Source of the DNA: a virus
Reading direction: 5' to 3' (one strand)
IMG/VR virus record: IMGVR_UViG_3300050190_000082
Coordinates: 64,001 to 128,000 of that record
DNA: 64,000 nucleotides
In this document: in pieces, positions 1-9,888 of the stretch
Numbering within the stretch: position 1 is the first letter of the stretch
Layout of the letters: every line of letters begins with the position of its first letter
Program-made: the position numbers and the translations under genes
The notes under the pieces: generated by a model
What the model was told of the DNA's origin: nothing
Seen by the model: only the letters and a program-made list of their open reading frames with translations
Database searches by the model: none

Positions 1-390
1 CAAAAACGGTAAAAGTATAAAAAATACCCCTCATTTGAGGGGGTATCGGGTAAGGGTATACTCTAACCATGTTTCACCTGCATGAAATACTTCATACAAA
101 TGAATATGCCCTACTTATTTGTATTATGCCAGGACACTACCTTAAAAGCTGACTGCCAATATTTACTATTTCATAAAGGGAAAATCCTAATCCAGTTACT
201 CCAGTTAAAATCAAGCCAATTCCTAAAAACATATTAATTCCTTCTTTCAATTTTTATTTTATTTCTCTTTAGTGGATTTCAATTTCTTGCTCACGACCAT
301 AATTGTAGTATGACCCAATTCAAATATTCTATACACAGGAAAAGAAAAATTAAAGAAGTAAACTCATTAAGAAAATTGGAGGGAATATTT

Positions 391-507
391 ATGATGAAGT
401 TACTAGAGACACTTTTGAATATCGCTTCTTATGGGATTCTAGCAATGATGTGTGTCACAGTCATTAAAATTGGAATAAAGGTTGTAGGTTATAGAAAGAG
501 GAGGTAA
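391..507 (+). CDS. small membrane peptide (38 aa), first gene of the plus-strand membrane/ATPase operon
   Basis: ORF track gives 310..507, but GGAGGG at ~378 favours the ATG at 391; one hydrophobic segment followed by a basic tail. Confidence 0.55.
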   Translation: MMKLLETLLNIASYGILAMMCVTVIKIGIKVVGYRKRR

Positions 508-512
508 TCACT

Positions 513-740
513 ATGCTTCTTGACGCTTTTGAAAAAACTATATTCCCTTACTTAGTGCAAATTGGAGGAATTCTCTTTATATATTCAATCATAGCAAGTG
601 GCTACGTAGTAATGCGTAAACATGATATGAGGGAGTTAGTAGAAAAACTTCGTGCTCTTGTTGTTGGCTATACACTAGTAAAAGGCGGTTTTGTGATCTT
701 AGCTTTTATTAATAAATTGATTGAGAATATGAAAGTTTGA
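513..740 (+). CDS. two-TM membrane protein, VirB2/TrbC pilin-like topology
   Basis: GAGGAGG RBS; 75 aa with two hydrophobic helices separated by a short charged loop. Confidence 0.55.
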   Translation: MLLDAFEKTIFPYLVQIGGILFIYSIIASGYVVMRKHDMRELVEKLRALVVGYTLVKGGFVILAFINKLIENMKV

Positions 741-741
741 G

Positions 742-1089
742 GTGACAGAAATGGCAGGATTTTTTGGAGATATTGTAAACCCATTTATTGCTAATCCATC
801 TTTAAACACACCAGAGCAATCTAACTTTATTGAAAGAGGGATTAGCAATGGAATTGAAAAAGGTTTTGGTGCAGTTGGAGATAAAATTATACATGCAGGA
901 CAGCTAAAAGCTCAGAGTTTTGCAGAGAATTTGCCACAATTACTAGGAATGGGATTAATTTGTTTCTATTGTTATGTCGGATATAAGACTATGTTTAGTC
1001 CTGCAAAGAATGATTTATCAAAAGTATTCCCAGTTACAATGGTGTATATCATTTTCAGACTTTTCTGGAAAGTAGTATTGCATATATAG
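742..1089 (+). CDS. membrane protein with two C-terminal TM helices
   Basis: ORF track; tightly packed in the operon; hydrophobic C-terminus. Confidence 0.6.
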   Translation: MTEMAGFFGDIVNPFIANPSLNTPEQSNFIERGISNGIEKGFGAVGDKIIHAGQLKAQSFAENLPQLLGMGLICFYCYVGYKTMFSPAKNDLSKVFPVTMVYIIFRLFWKVVLHI

Positions 1090-1101
1090 GGGGTTTTTAG
1101 A

Positions 1102-3483
1102 ATGTTAGAGCAACTTAATTTTAGGGGTAAAGAATTATTTCGCAAAGAAAAAAATCAATATGAAGTATTTGAAATTACCCCATCTAGATATATAGACCCA
1201 GCAAAAGCATTAGAGGAAGTATTGAATCAAATGACTGCTTGTTACGAAGGCAATTTGCGATGGAATTATGAAACTAAGTCCTTTGTGTATAGCAATAGTC
1301 CAATATATTATGAGATACTTTATTCAGAAGGGAAAATTCATTTTAACTATGTATTGCCACATAAATATTCCAAAATTATTACAAGAAAGATAGATAAGAT
1401 TTTTAGGGTAGCAGGTATAAACCAAAAAGAAGATTACTTTCCTAAGATGTTCGGAAATACACAATCTTGTTCTTTCCACCAATCTCGCCACTTCATGTTT
1501 AGTCTTTCAACTGATATAAAGGAAACTGGACTTCTTGATGGATTAATGTCTATTGTTGATAATTTAGAAAAAACCGATAATGTACTTCTCCAAATAGGAA
1601 TTGCTCCACAGGAAGATCATTGGAAAGCAGAGTGGCTTAAAGCTAATCAAAGATTTAAGGCTGGAGATGCTTTAAATGTTCAAGGAAGTATACTTCTTGA
1701 TGCTGTAGATAAGACATTTAAAATAGGTGATAGTTTCTTTAATCTAGTGGATAGTTTGCTAGGAGTGGATACAAAGAAAAAAGAAACATCTAGAATGGAT
1801 ATGCAATCAAGAAGATTTGAAATGATGGGGAATACAAATTATAGACACGCACATATGACTACAGCAAAAGTTAATTGGAATGGTTATCTAGTAAGCATAA
1901 AAGTATTCTGTGATAATTCTAGTCGAACTAAATATTACTCAAGACTATTCAACGCTGCATTCAGAATTTTAGATGCTGATCAAGAGCTTAGGATTGGAGA
2001 TATAAAAGGATTTAAAAGTAAGGAAAGAGTTTTTGATTCACAGATATTTGATAGAAATATATGGAGTTGTAAGGAACTCAGTCAGTTTCTAAGACTACCA
2101 GACCGAAGGATGCAATTAGACTATAAATCAAGTATGAAGAGTATTGAAGTGACAGAGAATCCAATTCCCGAAGAATTACTTAGTGGTAAAATTAAGATTG
2201 GTGATGCTAGTTACAAGGGTGTAAAAATTCCTGTATATTATCCTGAAGAATATGCCATGAAAGCAATGCCCAAAGTCCTTGTAGGCCCGATGAGAGCAGG
2301 TAAGACAGAGAAATTAAAACATTTCATAATTGAAGCTATAAAATCAGGGAACAGTGTAATTTGTATTGACACAATCAAATCCTGTGAAGTAGTTGAGGAT
2401 GTTCGGGATTATATGCCTGAAGAGTTTAAGGATAAGTTGGTAATATTAGATTATAGTAATATTAGACTTAGACTACCTTTAGCATTTAATGAACTAGTTG
2501 ATGTTAAATTTGTAGACCATATTGACGAAATGATGGCTGCTTCCCATCTCACAGGAAGTTTAATAGGATTTGTAAATGCTGTATCTGGATTTGATGATGA
2601 ATTAACCCCTAAAATGAAGAGAAATCTTAGTGTTGCAGGTAAGGTAGTTTTATCTCAAAAAAATTCAACAATCAAGAATGTTTTCGATGTACTAGAAGAA
2701 TGTGATATTAGAGAACAATTTATTCAATCTTCTGGACTCCCAGAAAGCAATAGCATGATACAACAATTAAGATTATTAGATGATGGAAAGGGTGGAACAA
2801 ATTATTCAATGGTATCTGGAATCCTTGACAGGGCAAGTGCAATTATGAATGATTATTGTTCAGAAATTCTTTTATCTACCCCTAGTAATCCAGAGATAAA
2901 CTTTACTAAATTTGCTAATGAGGGGAAATGCGTTCTTATAAAAATGAGCGAAAATGTATTTGACAGAGAAGCATTAAGACCACTTGTTACATTCCTATAT
3001 TTTAAAATTTGGTTAGCTGTTGCAACTGCTAGAGCAAATATAGATAAACCAAAAATGTGCTTTTTAGTATTAGACGAAATACATCAATATCCAGAGATAG
3101 CGACATTCTTATCTTCTAAGGCTAAGGAAAGTGCAAAATTTGGACTATCTTATATGCTTACTTCCCATTATTTACCAGATATGAAACGTCTTTTACCAAA
3201 TTTAAAATCAGCAGGAACAAATTTTATTTTACTAGGTGGAACATCCAAAGAAAATTATAAACTGCTAGAAACTGAATTAATGCAAGGGGATGTAAATCTT
3301 GAGGAAGCAATGCAAACTAAACCTTTTTATTCTCTAAACATCATAAATTATAATAGAAAATATGCTATTTTTACAACAAAATCATACCCTGAGTGGAAGA
3401 AATGTGGTTGGCTTAAAAAAGTAGATAGAAGTAGACTAGATTTAGAACATTCAAAGAAATATGGAGTTCCATTTGAAGGATAG
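1102..3483 (+). CDS. FtsK/HerA-superfamily P-loop ATPase (TraG/VirD4/VirB4-like)
   Basis: Walker A GPMRAGKT, Walker B FLVLDE, followed by KESAKFGLSYMLTSH (equivalent of the HerA/VirB4 'EARKYGL..ATQ' motif). Confidence 0.75.
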   Translation: MLEQLNFRGKELFRKEKNQYEVFEITPSRYIDPAKALEEVLNQMTACYEGNLRWNYETKSFVYSNSPIYYEILYSEGKIHFNYVLPHKYSKIITRKIDKIFRVAGINQKEDYFPKMFGNTQSCSFHQSRHFMFSLSTDIKETGLLDGLMSIVDNLEKTDNVLLQIGIAPQEDHWKAEWLKANQRFKAGDALNVQGSILLDAVDKTFKIGDSFFNLVDSLLGVDTKKKETSRMDMQSRRFEMMGNTNYRHAHMTTAKVNWNGYLVSIKVFCDNSSRTKYYSRLFNAAFRILDADQELRIGDIKGFKSKERVFDSQIFDRNIWSCKELSQFLRLPDRRMQLDYKSSMKSIEVTENPIPEELLSGKIKIGDASYKGVKIPVYYPEEYAMKAMPKVLVGPMRAGKTEKLKHFIIEAIKSGNSVICIDTIKSCEVVEDVRDYMPEEFKDKLVILDYSNIRLRLPLAFNELVDVKFVDHIDEMMAASHLTGSLIGFVNAVSGFDDELTPKMKRNLSVAGKVVLSQKNSTIKNVFDVLEECDIREQFIQSSGLPESNSMIQQLRLLDDGKGGTNYSMVSGILDRASAIMNDYCSEILLSTPSNPEINFTKFANEGKCVLIKMSENVFDREALRPLVTFLYFKIWLAVATARANIDKPKMCFLVLDEIHQYPEIATFLSSKAKESAKFGLSYMLTSHYLPDMKRLLPNLKSAGTNFILLGGTSKENYKLLETELMQGDVNLEEAMQTKPFYSLNIINYNRKYAIFTTKSYPEWKKCGWLKKVDRSRLDLEHSKKYGVPFEG

Positions 3484-3495
3484 GAGGGGATAGAT

Positions 3496-4038
3496 ATGTC
3501 TGAGTTAACTGATAATACTCGAATAACCACTAATTGGAATGAAGTAGATAGCTTTCACAAAACTCCCCATAAAGGTGTGGATTTGAGTACGAAAACTGGA
3601 ACAAAAATTATTGCACAAGACCCAGGACAAGTCCAAATAACAACTGACCAATGGATAGGAGTGGGAATTAGACTTAAAATGGCAAATGGAGATATTGTAG
3701 TTTATGGTCATACTTCAGAACAGGATGTTGCTAATGGACAAATGGTTAATGCAGGTGACTTGTTAGGGCTTACAGGGGGTGCTGTGGGTAGTAAAAATAG
3801 CGGTTTGACCACAGGTGAACACGTTCATGTAGCCCTCATACACGAAGGGGTTTTATCAGATCCGACAAACTATCTATTTCATCATGGACAAGTACAAACT
3901 AATTCAAGTCCTAGTAGTCCATTTCTGTTTCCAGTAATACTTATATTATTAGCAATAATCTTTTATAAATTTCGTAAATTCTTCATCTATGGAGCATTAG
4001 CAACATTGGTTTTGGGTATTATATTTATAGTATCCTAA
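3496..4038 (+). CDS. M23 family metallopeptidase with C-terminal membrane anchor
   Basis: HKGVD (HxxxD), YGH and TGEHVH (HxH) motifs; two C-terminal TM helices. Confidence 0.85.
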   Translation: MSELTDNTRITTNWNEVDSFHKTPHKGVDLSTKTGTKIIAQDPGQVQITTDQWIGVGIRLKMANGDIVVYGHTSEQDVANGQMVNAGDLLGLTGGAVGSKNSGLTTGEHVHVALIHEGVLSDPTNYLFHHGQVQTNSSPSSPFLFPVILILLAIIFYKFRKFFIYGALATLVLGIIFIVS

Positions 4039-4114
4039 ATGAAAATGAAATAAGGACATATTATTTATATTCTTATTTCATTTTAAAACTTAATATAAAG
4101 AGGTGTAATATAAT

Positions 4115-4279
4115 ATGGGTTATATAAGAAATATATTTAATGGGATTAATAGACTAACTATTAGTAAAAGTCAGATGATTGATTATATAGGTGAAAGGGT
4201 AAATATTGATGAAGAAATTATAGATCAGATTCTAAATGAAGAGAAGAATTTTCTGAAAGAGAAAAACATTATGTATTAA
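4115..4279 (+). CDS. hypothetical 54-aa protein (below the ORF-track cutoff)
   Basis: AGAGGTG RBS; MGYIRNIFNG...KEKNIMY*. Confidence 0.55.
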   Translation: MGYIRNIFNGINRLTISKSQMIDYIGERVNIDEEIIDQILNEEKNFLKEKNIMY

Positions 4280-4403
4280 AATTAACGTTTTTGGTCTATT
4301 TAAGTTGATTTATGGATACTCTTAATATATACTCAAAAGAAGGGAATTGATTTATATGGAATTAGTGCCAAAAATATAATTTTTAATGGAGGGTGAATAC
4401 GAA

Positions 4404-5750
4404 ATGAGTAGAAAAAATAAATCACAAGAAGAAACATCTGCAACGTCAGAAATTGAGAATGATGCTATATGGGATAAGGGTACAAGAGATGGAGATAGTA
4501 CAGAGGAAGAGGAGGGGAAGGAAATGCCCCCATTATTATCCCTAAGTGAAAAACTGAGAATAGAAGAAGACAATAGTAAATCAGACAACGGCTTAGTTGA
4601 ATGGGAATTAGAGAATTGCCAACCTGTAATAATTAATAAAATAGTAGGTAAATATTCAGTCCCAATATCTGGGGGATTATTAGCTACTATGGCAAATGAT
4701 CTTTTGCTTCATTATAATGAGAAAACACAAAGGGGCAAAAAGCTACGAGCTAAGGGTGAAGTTCCTTACCTTATGGTTTCAAAAGTTAAAAAGATTTATG
4801 AAAAACTTATTTCTGGAGAGCTAAATGGAATGCTCATCAGTTTGAATTCCAGAATAATAAAAAACGAGAATGGGGAAATATTAAATCCCCTAAATTATGA
4901 TTCAGATTCACAAACTCTTAATGGCTCAGGGGAATTAGATGTGGTAGATGGGTGGCACAGAATTTCCGCATGTCAATACTGGCTTAAAAAATGGAAAATT
5001 AAAAAGAACAGAAAAATCATCCCTAGTCCTTGGGATTACGAGTTTATCACAGCAATTGAACATAAAGAAGAAGAAAATGCAGGTCTATTATTTGTTGAGT
5101 ATGGTTCTACTCAATTAAAAATTCAAACATCTAAAATTAAGTTTCTTGATGTTTTTGATTATGCAAATATGATCACTAGAAACCTGATGAAGGGGTCATT
5201 AAGAGACAAGATAGAAATAGATAAAAATAGAACAAAGGGTACGAATAATATTGTCACATTTGCTACATTAAATGATGCAATAAATGATAACTTTAAAATT
5301 CCAGTAGAGGAAGATGTTGAAAAAATAAGTACCTATTTGAACTTATTTTTCACTAAATTAATTAATATTTTCCCTGAGTATTTTGGTAATATGTCAAAAG
5401 AGGACAGATCAATAATGAGGACTAAGGATTTGAATCTTGAATTATTGATGTTTAGAGGTTATGTTGCTATTAGTTCTAGATTGTATGGAAAAGAAAATTG
5501 GGAAGATAGTTTGTCAAAACTTAGAAGTGTAATTCAAATCGGTTCATGGCGTGGTACTATACTGCAATCCGATTGTCCTATATGGGATAGAATTTTCAGA
5601 GGGGGAGATGAGCGTAAGATAGTTAGTGGAAGTACAACCGTTAAATATTGCAGTAATGTATTAGGCGATTATATTGAATTTGGCATTGATGAAACACTTA
5701 GGAAAATTAAAGAAGCTGATGAAGAGAAGTTTAGAAAATTGAACAAGTAA
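4404..5750 (+). CDS. DGQHR-domain (DndB/ParB-like) protein
   Basis: LDVVDGWHRISA motif; GGAGGGTG RBS favours the start at 4404 (track 4386). Confidence 0.7.
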   Translation: MSRKNKSQEETSATSEIENDAIWDKGTRDGDSTEEEEGKEMPPLLSLSEKLRIEEDNSKSDNGLVEWELENCQPVIINKIVGKYSVPISGGLLATMANDLLLHYNEKTQRGKKLRAKGEVPYLMVSKVKKIYEKLISGELNGMLISLNSRIIKNENGEILNPLNYDSDSQTLNGSGELDVVDGWHRISACQYWLKKWKIKKNRKIIPSPWDYEFITAIEHKEEENAGLLFVEYGSTQLKIQTSKIKFLDVFDYANMITRNLMKGSLRDKIEIDKNRTKGTNNIVTFATLNDAINDNFKIPVEEDVEKISTYLNLFFTKLINIFPEYFGNMSKEDRSIMRTKDLNLELLMFRGYVAISSRLYGKENWEDSLSKLRSVIQIGSWRGTILQSDCPIWDRIFRGGDERKIVSGSTTVKYCSNVLGDYIEFGIDETLRKIKEADEEKFRKLNK

Positions 5751-5759
5751 AAGGGATAA

Positions 5760-5797
5760 AAAAGAGACTAATACTATAAAAAGTATTAGTCTCTTTC
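5760..5797. terminator. bidirectional intrinsic terminator
   Basis: AAAGAGACTAATACT-ataaa-AGTATTAGTCTCTTT between convergent genes. Confidence 0.75.
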
Positions 5798-5807
5798 AAA
5801 TTTATCA

Positions 5808-6968
5808 TTATTTTATTTTTAATTTGTTTATGTATTCATCTAAGATAGTTTCCACGTTATCTATATCATAGTACCAAATTTCCAGAAAATTATATCTATT
5901 TTTAAGAGCGTATTCTTTCTTACGTATGTCGTGTTCTTTTTGCTTTTCTAGATTTTGTTTCATAAAATAGTTCCCTTTTCCATCGTTACCATCATGGAAT
6001 TCCCCTTGGTATTCTATAAGTAGTTTATATTGAGGCAAGTAAAAGTCATAAGATAATAATCCATTACCTAAACCAACAAGACCATCAAATTTTTTCTGAG
6101 GTATGTAATATTCTTTTCTTAAATCAAAAACCCTCTTGCATTCTCTTTCACCTTTTGATGTACTACATTCTGGACAACCACTATTAAATCCTCCATTTCT
6201 ACTCCCAATACTAGCTTCCCACTCATGTCTACACTCTTTACATTTCCACCAAACATATTTCTTACTTCTTCGTGTATATTCTTTAGGTGATTTGTCATTT
6301 TTATTGTAATCCCATTCTTTACAAAGTTCAGGATTATCTAATAATAAATTGTAATCATCACTTGGTAATATATGATTACAATATGGGCACCCACTATTTT
6401 GACTTGTTCTATTATTTAAGCTAACTTTCCATTCATGCTTTGAGTTATTTTTACATTGCCACCATATATCTCTCGGTAATCCGCAAGTTACATCAAAAGG
6501 AGTCAAATCTCCATTTAATGTTGGATGCCATTCGGATGCTAATTCAGGATTAAGTGTTGCTAAACAGTTTGATAAACCAACTAATTTCCCAGCACAATAT
6601 GGGCAACCTTTATTAAAATGTATTTTTGCCCACGTAGAATTGAATATCTCACAACATTTTATATTTAAACATTGCCATTTCATATCTATATCGTTTGCAT
6701 TATATATTTGATTCTCAATTAATTTAAATGGTTTATTATTATTTTTAACCCACAAGTTGATATTTTGAATTGTATAAGGATTTGTTTTTTGAAATTTTTC
6801 AGGGAGTGATTTTAAATTATTTAACTTTGTAAAGTAAAAATAACCTTCTATATCTTTAAATACTAATTTTTGTTTATTATTTATATATTCTTTGCTAACT
6901 AATTCAATTCCTAACTCTAAATTCGAAACAATTTCCCTAACCTCTTCAATTGTTTTCTTTCTTGACAT
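5808..6968 (-). CDS. free-standing zinc-ribbon + PD-(D/E)xK (Vsr/DUF559-like) putative homing endonuclease
   Basis: repeated NPELAxEW...W.C....H.W...GCPYC modules; C-terminal YDFYLP...LIEYQGEFH; paralog of 13286..14449. Confidence 0.75.
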   Translation of the reverse strand: MSRKKTIEEVREIVSNLELGIELVSKEYINNKQKLVFKDIEGYFYFTKLNNLKSLPEKFQKTNPYTIQNINLWVKNNNKPFKLIENQIYNANDIDMKWQCLNIKCCEIFNSTWAKIHFNKGCPYCAGKLVGLSNCLATLNPELASEWHPTLNGDLTPFDVTCGLPRDIWWQCKNNSKHEWKVSLNNRTSQNSGCPYCNHILPSDDYNLLLDNPELCKEWDYNKNDKSPKEYTRRSKKYVWWKCKECRHEWEASIGSRNGGFNSGCPECSTSKGERECKRVFDLRKEYYIPQKKFDGLVGLGNGLLSYDFYLPQYKLLIEYQGEFHDGNDGKGNYFMKQNLEKQKEHDIRKKEYALKNRYNFLEIWYYDIDNVETILDEYINKLKIK

Positions 6969-6974
6969 AATCTT

Positions 6975-7089
6975 TTATCAATCCTTCCTTAATAGGTCTA
7001 TAATTTGGAATAAGACACTCAAACTCTAAGGAAAGTTCAAGCATCTCGTTTTAAAAGTTACAGACTTCGAACCCTGCAACTCAACCAAA
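6975..7089 (-). promoter_or_regulatory. structured RNA leader L1 (3-way junction + pseudoknot at the SD)
   Basis: P1 UUUGG/CCAAA; P2 AGUUGCAG-gguucgaagu-CUGUAACU; P3 loop UUCCUUA (7027-7033) complementary to UAAGGAA (6985-6991) overlapping the SD. Confidence 0.65.
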
Positions 7090-7587
7090 AATTAATTTCA
7101 AATTTTTAAATCTACATAAAATAGAGACTTCTTTAAAAGCTCAAAACTTACCTCACTCATGCTCTCATATGCTTCCATTTACTCCAATTCCCTAGCATAC
7201 AAATAAGTTAAAATCTCCCTTTTATTTGAAGGTAACAAAACTTTTTAAGCAAAATATAGTTTTGCTAATACAATTTTTTGTTCTTAAATCCGCACAACAA
7301 AAAGGAGAGTTATATTTCAACTCTCCTTAAAACATAATTAACTTATTTTTACAATATCAATCAATCCCATTTCACAAAACTCAAATTTAGCGTATAATAA
7401 ACATAATAGTTAAGTAATATATTGAAAATCAAGAAAAATAACATTTGTATATATTATTTATTAGTAGTATAATAATTAATAAGGAGGTGAGGACTGTTAG
7501 GGATATCTTTTAGAAATATCTTTGGTAAGAAACAGGACCATCCATTCGCTAAAAAAATATCCAAAAGAAGAGAGGGGAAAACACTAC

Positions 7588-8997
7588 ATGAAAAAAACTA
7601 AAAAGTTCTTAGCTAGTTTGGTAATTATGGGTATGGTTGCTACCATGGTCCCACTAAATGTTTTGGCAGCAACAGGGGTAACAACGGATCGAATTGGTGG
7701 TGCAGACAGATATCAAACTGCTAATGCCGTAGCAGATAAGATTGTATCTCCGACTACTGCAATCCTTGCCCCAGCTGAAAATGATAACTTGGTAGATGCC
7801 TTAGCGGCAGCACCATTAGCTGGAACCAAATCTCCTATTTTACTGACGCAAAGCAACACCCTGACTGCTGCTACAAAAACTGAACTGGCTAAACTAGGCG
7901 TTACAAAGGTCTATGTAGTTGGAGCAATCAGCAAAACAGTCGTCGACCAAGTAAGTGCAATGGGTATTACAGTTACCACTCTCCAAGGCGCTGATCGTAT
8001 TGCAACTGCGGCTATGATTTCTTCTAAACTCACCACCGCACCAGCAGGTTCATTCGTAGTTGGCTATAATGCTTTGGCAGATGCATTGTCGGTAGCTTCT
8101 TATGCAGCAGCTAATAACTATTCTATCTTAGTAGCAAATCCTGATGGAAGCCTTCCGGTATCCGAGGCCACTTATAAAGGTGCTAAAGTTTACACCGTCG
8201 GTGGACCTAAACTCGTAGCAGACATCGCTGGTGCTACTCGTCTCGCGGATACAGATCGATTCGCTACGAATAAAGTCGTGCTCGAAACTCTTGGTTACAC
8301 CTATAACAAAGTCTATGTTGCTAACGGAACACAGGCACACTTAGTTGACTCACTCGTTGCTTCATCCTTAGCTGCCTTAGATGGCGCTCCAATCGTTCTG
8401 ACAGACACATTTACTGGCGGGGATGCTACTGCAGCTGCCATCGGTACTAAACTTGCTGACAATGCGGTAGTGGTTGCACTTGGTGGAGATCAGGTTGTTA
8501 CGAATGAAACTTTGGCGAAGGTTACCAAAATAGATTATACTTACACTGTAACAGACGGTAAAGCCCAAATTACGAGGTACACAGGGGATGGTGGAGCTAT
8601 TGCAATACCAAGTACATTAGGTGGAGTTCCTGTCATAAGCATCGGCTACGACGCTTTTTTCTATTGCACAGGCTTAACTAGTATTAGTATTCCGCAAGGA
8701 GTCACAAGTATCGGTGACGGGGCTTTTGCCTTTTGCACAGGCTTAATTAGCATTACCATTCCTAAAGGAGTCACAAATGTATCCAGCTATGTCTTTTACT
8801 ATTGTCCAAACTTAACTACTATTAACTTTAACTCGGCAACAACAACTATATATGATGATTCATACACAATTCCAGACACAACAAAGATTATAGGATATGC
8901 CTCATCTACCGCAAAAGATTACGCTACAAAATATGGAAACACGTTCGAAGTTATACCAGAAACGTTAGCTGCTTTAATGGACAGGATTCATACTTAA
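7588..8997 (+). CDS. secreted cell-wall protein: signal peptide, three CWB2 (cell wall binding 2) repeats, C-terminal BspA-type LRR; host-derived moron
   Basis: GADRYQT...DALAAAPLA...PILLT repeats; IPQGVTSIGDGAFAFCTGL LRR units; RBS GAGGGG before ATG 7588 (track start 7522); visibly higher GC than its flanks. Confidence 0.85.
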   Translation: MKKTKKFLASLVIMGMVATMVPLNVLAATGVTTDRIGGADRYQTANAVADKIVSPTTAILAPAENDNLVDALAAAPLAGTKSPILLTQSNTLTAATKTELAKLGVTKVYVVGAISKTVVDQVSAMGITVTTLQGADRIATAAMISSKLTTAPAGSFVVGYNALADALSVASYAAANNYSILVANPDGSLPVSEATYKGAKVYTVGGPKLVADIAGATRLADTDRFATNKVVLETLGYTYNKVYVANGTQAHLVDSLVASSLAALDGAPIVLTDTFTGGDATAAAIGTKLADNAVVVALGGDQVVTNETLAKVTKIDYTYTVTDGKAQITRYTGDGGAIAIPSTLGGVPVISIGYDAFFYCTGLTSISIPQGVTSIGDGAFAFCTGLISITIPKGVTNVSSYVFYYCPNLTTINFNSATTTIYDDSYTIPDTTKIIGYASSTAKDYATKYGNTFEVIPETLAALMDRIHT

Positions 8998-9065
8998 ATA
9001 TACACAACAAAAAAGAAGAGTAAAACTCTCCTTTAAGCTAAACTATAATTTCCACATATTCCCTA

Positions 9066-9210
9066 TTGTAAATAAACCATAACCATGTTACATTTACCTT
9101 GCTTGATACCAAAGCAACCAAGTGTAGAATATTGTTCTACATTCTTCAAAGGAGATTATGCCTTCTTTGAAGAGGGAAGAAGATCATATTAATTTATGGT
9201 CTTCTTTTTA
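9066..9210 (+). ncRNA. candidate small RNA (~9101-9210) with its own sigma-A promoter and terminator
   Basis: TTGTAA-17-TACATT with TG extension (9066-9094); three hairpins, then terminator AGAAGATCATA/TATGGTCTTCT-TTTT; no credible ORF. Confidence 0.5.
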
Positions 9211-9258
9211 ATTATCTATTTTGAATCTAGGTTTTGATACGTTGGTTCATTTTCGATC

Positions 9259-9888
9259 CTAAATACTTTTAATATACCTTAACCCATTAGTAGAACTACC
9301 AGTATATAGGACTTCACAATCAACAATTTTATTTATGCGTTGAGTTGCTAAATTTACTTCCTTTGCATCAATTTGTATAAGTGTAATATCATTCTCTATA
9401 CAAAATGCAAGTTTATTCTTTTTAACTGGAGATGTATTATTTACTTCCACAGCAATTTCTATTTTACCTTTGTGAGAAAATGCAATATCAAATATAAAGA
9501 TACAATCAGCTACTCCTTTATATTTGCAAAAATTACATGGATGAGACTTAAAATATGTATAGTCTTCATCCATAATTAAAATATTTTGATTCCACTTGCC
9601 ACGTTCACTATCTGAAAATCTTGTATCAAATAATTCACAATCTTCTTCATAGGTATATGCTTTAATACATTGACAACACTGACCACTATGATAAGGTTCC
9701 ATTACACCTGATTCTTTATAGACATAGGATTCCATTGACCCAAATCCCATTCTGTCTATATCTATATGAAATCTGTATCCTTCTTGGTCTTGAAAAATAA
9801 CATCTTTATTGACAATCCAGTCCATTAGATACCCTTTGTTGTAATAATGTAATCCACCTTCATTTGACTTTAGTTCTGTAATCTTCAA
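9259..9888 (-). CDS. PD-(D/E)xK nuclease-fold protein (CoiA-like C-terminus)
   Basis: IFDIAF...IEIAVEVNNTS motif; AAGGAG RBS with TTG start. Confidence 0.5.
   Translation of the reverse strand: MKITELKSNEGGLHYYNKGYLMDWIVNKDVIFQDQEGYRFHIDIDRMGFGSMESYVYKESGVMEPYHSGQCCQCIKAYTYEEDCELFDTRFSDSERGKWNQNILIMDEDYTYFKSHPCNFCKYKGVADCIFIFDIAFSHKGKIEIAVEVNNTSPVKKNKLAFCIENDITLIQIDAKEVNLATQRINKIVDCEVLYTGSSTNGLRYIKSI

Noticed and set aside
70-310. Sporulation sigma (SigE/SigK) promoter for the left operon
   Set aside because: CATA-containing boxes are present, but spacing and consensus match are too poor to support a call.
4404-5750. DNA phosphorothioation (dnd) system
   Set aside because: Only a DndB-like domain is present; no dndA/C/D/E or ssp genes in the window.
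7060-7080. GGTTCGAA (also at ~14538-14548) as a tRNA T-arm or tRNA gene/att remnant
   Set aside because: No acceptor, D or anticodon arms around it; it is the P2 loop of leaders L1 and L3.
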